Source: Macrostomum lignano
Taxonomy: Eukaryota
NCBI GenBank assembly: GCA_002269645.1
Contig: NIVC01003587.1
Location: 1-64,000 of the forward strand
Reading direction: 5' to 3'
Length of the DNA: 64,000 nucleotides
Shown: in pieces, positions 57,301 to 64,000 of the stretch
Layout of the letters: every line of letters begins with the position of its first letter
How positions within the stretch are numbered: the first letter of the stretch is position 1
Translations under genes and position numbers: made by a program
The notes under the pieces: model-generated
The model's input: only the letters and a program-made list of their open reading frames with translations
Databases searched by the model: none
Told to the model about the DNA's origin: nothing

Positions 57301-60300
57301 GACATTAGACATTAGACATTAGACACTAGACATTAGACACCAGACATTAGACACCGGAGATTAGACACCAGACATTAGACACCGGACATTAGACACCAGA
57401 CATTAGACACTAGACATTAGACACCAGACATTAGACACCAGACATTAGACACCAGACATTAGACACCAGACATTAGACACCAGACATTAGACACCAGACA
57501 TTAGACACCAGACATTAGACACCAGACATTAGACACCAGACATTAGACACCAGACATTAGACACCAGACATTAGACACTAGACATTAGACACCAGACATT
57601 AGACACCAGACATTAGACACCAGACATTAGACACCAGACATTAGACACCAGACATTAGACACCGGAGATTAGACACCAGACATTAGACACTAGACATTAG
57701 ACACCAGACATTAGACACCAGACATTAGACACCAGACATTAGACACCAGACATTAGACACCGGAGATTAGACACCAGACATTAGACACCAGACATTAGAC
57801 ACCAGACATTAGACACCAGACATTAGACACCAGACATTAGACACCGGAGATTAGACACCAGACATTAGACACCAGACATTAGACACCAGACATTAGACAC
57901 CAGACATTAGACACCGGACATTAGACACCAGACATTAGACACCAGACATTAGACACCAGACATTAGACACCAGACATTAGACACCAGACATTAGACACCA
58001 GACATTAGACACCAGACATTAGACACCAGACATTAGACACCAGACATTAGACACCAGACATTAGACACCAGACATTAGACACCAGACATTAGACACCGGA
58101 CATTAGACACCAGACATTAGACACTAGACATTAGACACCAGACATTAGACACCAGACATTAGACACCAGACATTAGACACCAGACATTAGACACCGGACA
58201 TTAGACACCAGACATTAGACACTAGACATTAGACACCAGACATTAGACACCAGACATTAGACACCAGACATTAGACACCAGACATTAGACACCAGACATT
58301 AGACACCAGACATTAGACACCGGAGATTAGACAGCGGACATTAGACACCAGACATTAGACACTAGACATTAGACACCAGACATTAGACACCAGACATTAG
58401 ACACCAGACATTAGACACCAGACATTAGACACCAGACATTAGACACCGGAGATTAGACACCAGACATTAGACACCGGACATTAGACACCAGACATTAGAC
58501 ACTAGACATTAGACACCAGACATTAGACACCAGACATTAGACACCAGACATTAGACACCAGACATTAGACACCAGACATTAGACACCAGACATTAGACAC
58601 CAGACATTAGACACCGGACATTAGACACCAGACATTAGACACTAGACATTAGACACCAGACATTAGACACCAGACATTAGACACCAGACATTAGACACCA
58701 GACATTAGACACCAGACATTAGACACCGGAGATTAGACACCAGACATTAGACACCAGACATTAGACACCAGACATTAGACACCAGACATTAGACACCAGA
58801 CATTAGACACCAGACATTAGACACCAGACATTAGACACCAGACATTAGACACCAGACATTAGACACCAGACATTAGACACTAGACATTAGACACCAGACA
58901 TTAGACACCAGACATTAGACACCAGACATTAGACACCAGACATTAGACACCAGACATTAGACACCGGAGATTAGACACCAGACATTAGACACCGGACATT
59001 AGACACCAGACATTAGACACTAGACATTAGACACCAGACATTAGACACCAGACATTAGACACCAGACATTAGACACCAGACATTAGACACCAGACATTAG
59101 ACACCAGACATTAGACACCAGACATTAGACACCGGACATTAGACACCAGACATTAGACACTAGACATTAGACACCAGACATTAGACACCAGACATTAGAC
59201 ACCAGACATTAGACACCAGACATTAGACACCAGACATTAGACACCAGACATTAGACACCGGAGATTAGACACCAGACATTAGACACCAGACATTAGACAC
59301 CAGACATTAGACACCAGACATTAGACACCAGACATTAGACACCAGACATTAGACACCAGACATTAGACACCAGACATTAGACACCGGACATTAGACACCA
59401 GACATTAGACACCAGACATTAGACACCAGACATTAGACACCAGACATTAGACACCAGACATTAGACACCAGACATTAGACACCGGACATTAGACACCAGA
59501 CATTAGACACTAGACATTAGACACCAGACATTAGACACCAGACATTAGACACCAGACATTAGACACCAGACATTAGACACCAGACATTAGACACCGGACA
59601 TTAGACACCAGACATTAGACACCGGAGATTAGACACCAGACATTAGACATCAGACATTAGACACCAGACATTAGACACCAGACATTAGACACCGGAGATT
59701 AGACACCAGACATTAGCCATCAGACATTAGACACCAGACATTAGACACCAGACATTAGACACCAGACATTAGACACCGGAGATTAGACACCAGACATTAG
59801 ACACCAGACATTAGACACCGGAGATTAGACACCAGACATTAGACATCAGACATTAGACACCAAACATTAGACACCAGACATTAGACACCGGAGATTAGAC
59901 ACCAGACATTAGACACCAGACATTAGACACCAGACATTAGACACCAGACATTAGACACCAAACATTAGACACCAGACATTAGACACCGGAGATTAGACAC
60001 CAGACATTAGACACCAGACATTAGACACCAGACATTAGACACCAGACATTAGACACCGGAGATTAGACACCAGACATTAGACACCAGACATTAGACACCG
60101 GAGATTAGACACCAGACATTAGACATCAGACATTAGACACCAAACATTAGACACCAGACATTAGACACCGGAGATTAGACACCAGACATTAGACACCAGA
60201 CATTAGACACCAGACATTAGACACCAGACATTAGACACCAGACATTAGACACCAGACATTAGACACCAGACATTAGACACCAGACATTAGACAAATAGAC

Positions 60301-61267
60301 GAGACAGAGCCACATAAACCTTAAAATACTGAAATCTCAAGCAACACACGATGATGCATCAGCTGATAGCAGATAGTAACTAAAACAAACTGACTGAGCA
60401 GAGCTGCTCAAGCACTGCAGCTAAGCTAGAGAGGAGAAAGCTGCAGCAGAAGGCCCAGGCAACGCCAGCCTGTCAGAGCTGTCAGCCTCGCAGCCCTATC
60501 GATTTTCGGCCTCAGTTTCAGCTGCTGAGGGACACGCCGGGAGTAAAAAAAATCGCCAGCGCAATGAAAGCCCATGGAGACTGGAGCACATCCTCCTCAC
60601 CACTGCCACTGCCTAATCCTAGCAGGCAGAGTCCGCTAGACAGGCAGGAATGAAGTAGAAGAGAATTATTGTAGATAATGCTAATTCACCGCCAATGCTG
60701 GCTCGCTTCTTTTTCGAGTTCGCTCCGAATTCCCCTGGCAACTGCATAACCCTAAGCGCAGGGATTGTACTAGGCGAAATCGCGCTGATTTGGGCAATTT
60801 TTGAGATCTAGCGATATGGGAAATGCAATCTGTATGCTCCCAACTGTCTTCCTGAGGGGATTCTGCAATGAAAGAATCCAGTTTGAAATTTGAACTCATT
60901 ACTCAGGCCGCGATTCCTTGTTCCGTTTTGATTTTAAATCAGTTTTTAATGAGAATTAAATTTTTGTTAAGCCTTTTTTCGACGGGAACACTGCCCTAAC
61001 ACCCACCCCAAAGCACCCTTCCCAAACCAAACACACAAGAAACACCCACCCCACAACACCCACCCAAAACACTCACCCCAAAACACCCACCCCACAACAC
61101 CCACCCCAAAACACCCACCCCAAAACACCCACCCCAAAACACCCACCCCAAAACACCCACCCCAAAACACCCTTACCGTCCAGGGACTTCAAGTACAGCA
61201 AGGTTTTCAATCCGGTGACATAGTCGTCAATCAAAGTGAAGTCCTGATTCTGCACAGCGCTGCACAC
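54323..61267 (-). CDS. DPYD: Dihydropyrimidine dehydrogenase (NADP+), last three exons
   Basis: Exons 61177-61267 ([28 protein letters not shown]), 55203-55570 ([46 protein letters not shown]), 54323-54535 ([40 protein letters not shown]); phases are consistent. Confidence 0.95.
54590..55190. repeat. 29/31-bp minisatellite filling the last DPYD intron
   Basis: Unit AGACACCCTAGACAACTCTAACCTCTGTA. Confidence 0.97.
55755..56070. repeat. 21-bp minisatellite (TTGGTTGCTAGGGTCTTCGAA)n, degenerating rightwards
   Basis: Read directly. Confidence 0.92.
57050..60292. repeat. 14-bp satellite (AGACATTAGACACC)n, ~3.2 kb, in a DPYD intron
   Basis: Read directly; recurring variants CCGGAG, CCGGAC, CTAG. 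Confidence 0.98.
60995..61172. repeat. 14-bp C-rich repeat (CACCCACCCCAAAA)n next to a DPYD donor site
   Basis: Read directly. Confidence 0.93.
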
Positions 61268-61804
61268 CTGTGAATTTGGAATGGATATTGTGCAGAATTT
61301 AGACTTCAACTCGACTGCGCAAATACAATACGAGCGGACTGAAACGATCGCCAGCTGCCCCGTAGAAAAAAGCCAAATAGGCTGCAAAATTTCCTAACCT
61401 TGTCGGGCCAAAATGCGGTATACTGCTGGAGAAGCCCTAGCTAATTAAAAAAGACGAGGCCTTATTGCTGGATTGCGTTTCGCGGAGGTAAGAAGGCCTC
61501 TTGTGCGTCAGGATCAGACAAATTCAAGGCGATGAGAGCTGCAGGGTGAAGGGCTGCCCAAGGTTTGGGTGCAGCTCGCTAGCTGACTATTTATCTAGCT
61601 GTCAAAGATACAGTCAAGTACAGTTGAGTTTCTATCGAAATTATGAATTATGAAATTATGAAACTGGGAAAGAAGTTGGGATAGAAGTTGGGAAAGATTC
61701 TAGTATGGATGCTTAGAGACCGTTTTCGCATGTGAATAAATGGCGATTTAAGTATTTGTATGCCGCTGGCGGAATTGTCTACTGCATAGATAAGATTCCG
61801 GGTC

Positions 61805-62425
61805 CCTGACTCTCCGGCTGTATGACTCTCCAACTGTCTGACTCTCCAACAGTCTGACTCTCCGACTATCTGACTCTCCAGCAGTCTGACTCTCCGACTA
61901 TCTGACTCTCCAGCAGTCTGACTCTCCGACTGTCTGACTCTACAACAGTCTGACTCTCCGACTATCTGACTCTCCAACAGTCTGACTCTCCGACTATCTG
62001 ACTCTCCAACAGTCTGACTCTCCGACTGTCTGACTCTCCGACTGTCTGACTCTCCGACTGTCTGACTCTCCGACTGTCTGACTCTCCGACTATCTGACTC
62101 TCCCAATGTCTGACTCTCCGACTATCTGACTCTCCGACTATCTGACTCTCCGAATGTATGACTCTCCGACTATCTGACTCTCCGACTGTCTGACTCTCCG
62201 ACTATCTGACTCTCCGACTGTCTGACTCTCCAACAGTCTGACCCTCCGAATGTATGACTCTCCGACTGTCTGACTCTCCGACTATCTGACTCTCCGACTG
62301 TCTGACTCTCCGACTATCTGACTCTACGACTATCTGACTCTCCGACTGTCTGACTCTCCGACTATCTGACTCTCTGACTGTCTGACTCTCTGACTGTCTG
62401 ACTCTTCGACTGTCTGACTCTCCTT
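61805..62425. repeat. 16-bp minisatellite (TGTCTGACTCTCCGAC)n
   Basis: Read directly. Confidence 0.95.
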
Positions 62426-63107
62426 TTGTGAAAATTCAGGGGAATTTTTGGAGAATCTTTGAAAATCTCTGGAAATCTTTGGAAATTTTGCAAATTTATA
62501 TGGCAAGAGTTGGAAAAATTTCCTGATCCAGACGCCAGCGGTAGATGCTACTCAAGTCTGCGGAAACTCTGAACTCTGTCACAAGCACCTGGTGCAATGC
62601 AGGCATATTCGGCTTAGCAATTGTGAATGAAGGGTGGCGAGAAAGCGGGCAGGCGCTTCCTGTGTTGAAGCGCGGTGCCTCTCCTGAATCTGCAATTAAG
62701 TCGGCTGCGAAGAATTCGTAGGCGTTGGCGGCAGCTGGGATTGAAGAAAGCGCATGTCCGCTCAGGGGATTAGCGGCAGTGGGGGGGTTGGAGACCAAGG
62801 CGATCTTGAACAGGAATTTGGAGTAGGCCAACTCCCCATGCTGCTTAAAGACTTTTGCAGGGGTTTAGGTCAGAAACTCACACCGTAAGTCGGAATCATG
62901 GGCATTAGAAGGACACTACAAGCGTACACTCGCGAATCTTTAGATTATAGATTAGCTCTTTTGCGTAGCGCTAAATGAGGTTTCTCCATAGACAAGTTCA
63001 GTTGAGAAATATTCGCGCTAGAAAAAGACGCAAAAGAGATAAGAACAACAGAAGTCTCGCCGGAGCCAGGCTTGCTTGCCGGGCCAAAGTGGGAATAAAA
63101 ACGTTTC

Positions 63108-63690
63108 TGTAGTCTATGGCCGGTCCCGAGTGATTTAGATAAAATTCTGTAGTCTATGGCCAGGCTCAAGTGAGGAATAAATACAACTCTGTAGTCTATG
63201 GCCAGGCTCAAGTGAGGAATAAATACAACTCTGTAGTCTATGGCCAGGCTCAAGTGAGGAATAATTACAACTCTGTAGTCTATGGCCAGGCTCAAGTGAG
63301 GAATAATTACAACTCTGTAGTCTATGGCCAGGCTCAAGTGAGGAATAATTACAACTCTGTAGTCTATGGCCAGGCTCAAGTGAGGAATAAATGCAAGTCT
63401 GTAGTCTATGGCCAGGCTCAAGTGAGGAATAAATGCAAGTCTGTAGTCTATGGCCAGGCTCAAGTGAGGAATAAATGCAAGTCTGTAGTCTATGGCCAGG
63501 CTCAAGTGAGGAATAAATGCAAGTCTGTAGTCTATGGCCAGGCTCAAGTGAGGAATAAATGCAAGTCTGTAGTCTATGGCCAGGCTCAAGTGAGGAATAA
63601 ATGCAAGTCTGTAGTCTATGGCCAGGCTCAAGTGAGGAATAAATGCAAGTCTGTAGTCTATGGCCAGGCTCAAGTGAGGAATAAATACAA
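63108..63690. repeat. 42-bp minisatellite (GTAGTCTATGGCCAGGCTCAAGTGAGGAATAAATGCAAGTCT)n
   Basis: Read directly; variants occur in blocks. Confidence 0.97.
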
Positions 63691-64000
63691 TTCCATAGAG
63701 CAGAGCTTACAAAAGTTGGTTCAAGCTAATAGAGGTTTTTGTTATTATATGTATATTCATAAGTTATTTTTACTCAGCCAAGGAAGAGCTCGCCTCTCCG
63801 GATTTCGGGTCCTGTCCTCCTTGACTAGTCCTCTGGGACTTAGCAGCTCCCTATCCAATATTTTCTCTTCCTCTCGCTGACCTTCGCTTTTCGGTTTTTA
63901 TTCGATTTTAAAGAAGAATTTTTTACTTCGCACAGGGGAAATCTGAACTGCGACACCGCGTGCCAAGTTAAAAAGGGTCCGGACTGGCTACAGAAAATGG

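Noticed and set aside
62945-63880. 236-242 aa ORFs on both strands
   Set aside because: Produced by the 42-bp tandem repeat.
63780-63895. Charged peptide EEEKILDRELLSPRGLVKEDRTR on the minus strand
   Set aside because: In-frame stop just upstream, no convincing acceptor, and donor phase incompatible with the next candidate exon.

Overview
Eukaryotic (metazoan) genomic DNA. GC-rich exons alternate with introns filled by minisatellites, which resembles the flatworm Macrostomum lignano (inference, not verified). There are four host genes. PSME4/PA200 (minus, start 10777) has at least 11 exons and many 1-bp frameshifts below ~2720. A TMEM86/YhhN lysoplasmalogenase (minus) lacks its first exon. 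RSF1 (plus, 35871-43461) has 6 exons and a PHD finger. The last three exons of DPYD are on the minus strand. An AT-rich block at ~15-35 kb holds a decayed Ty3/gypsy element, MITEs, a 3-kb satellite and a 5'-truncated LINE. Two tRNA-Glu genes (TTC and CTC) lie on the minus strand at 45.6-46.3 kb. A full-length APE-RT-RNaseH LINE of the same young family is inserted head-to-head 7 bp upstream of tRNA-Glu(CTC). It has a TAATG stop-start ORF1/ORF2 junction and a (TAAG)n tail, and both copies sit at TAAGG targets. The other main oddity is a 144-bp near-perfect inverted duplication in RSF1 introns. It brackets the PHD exon and copies the exon-5 splice acceptor.
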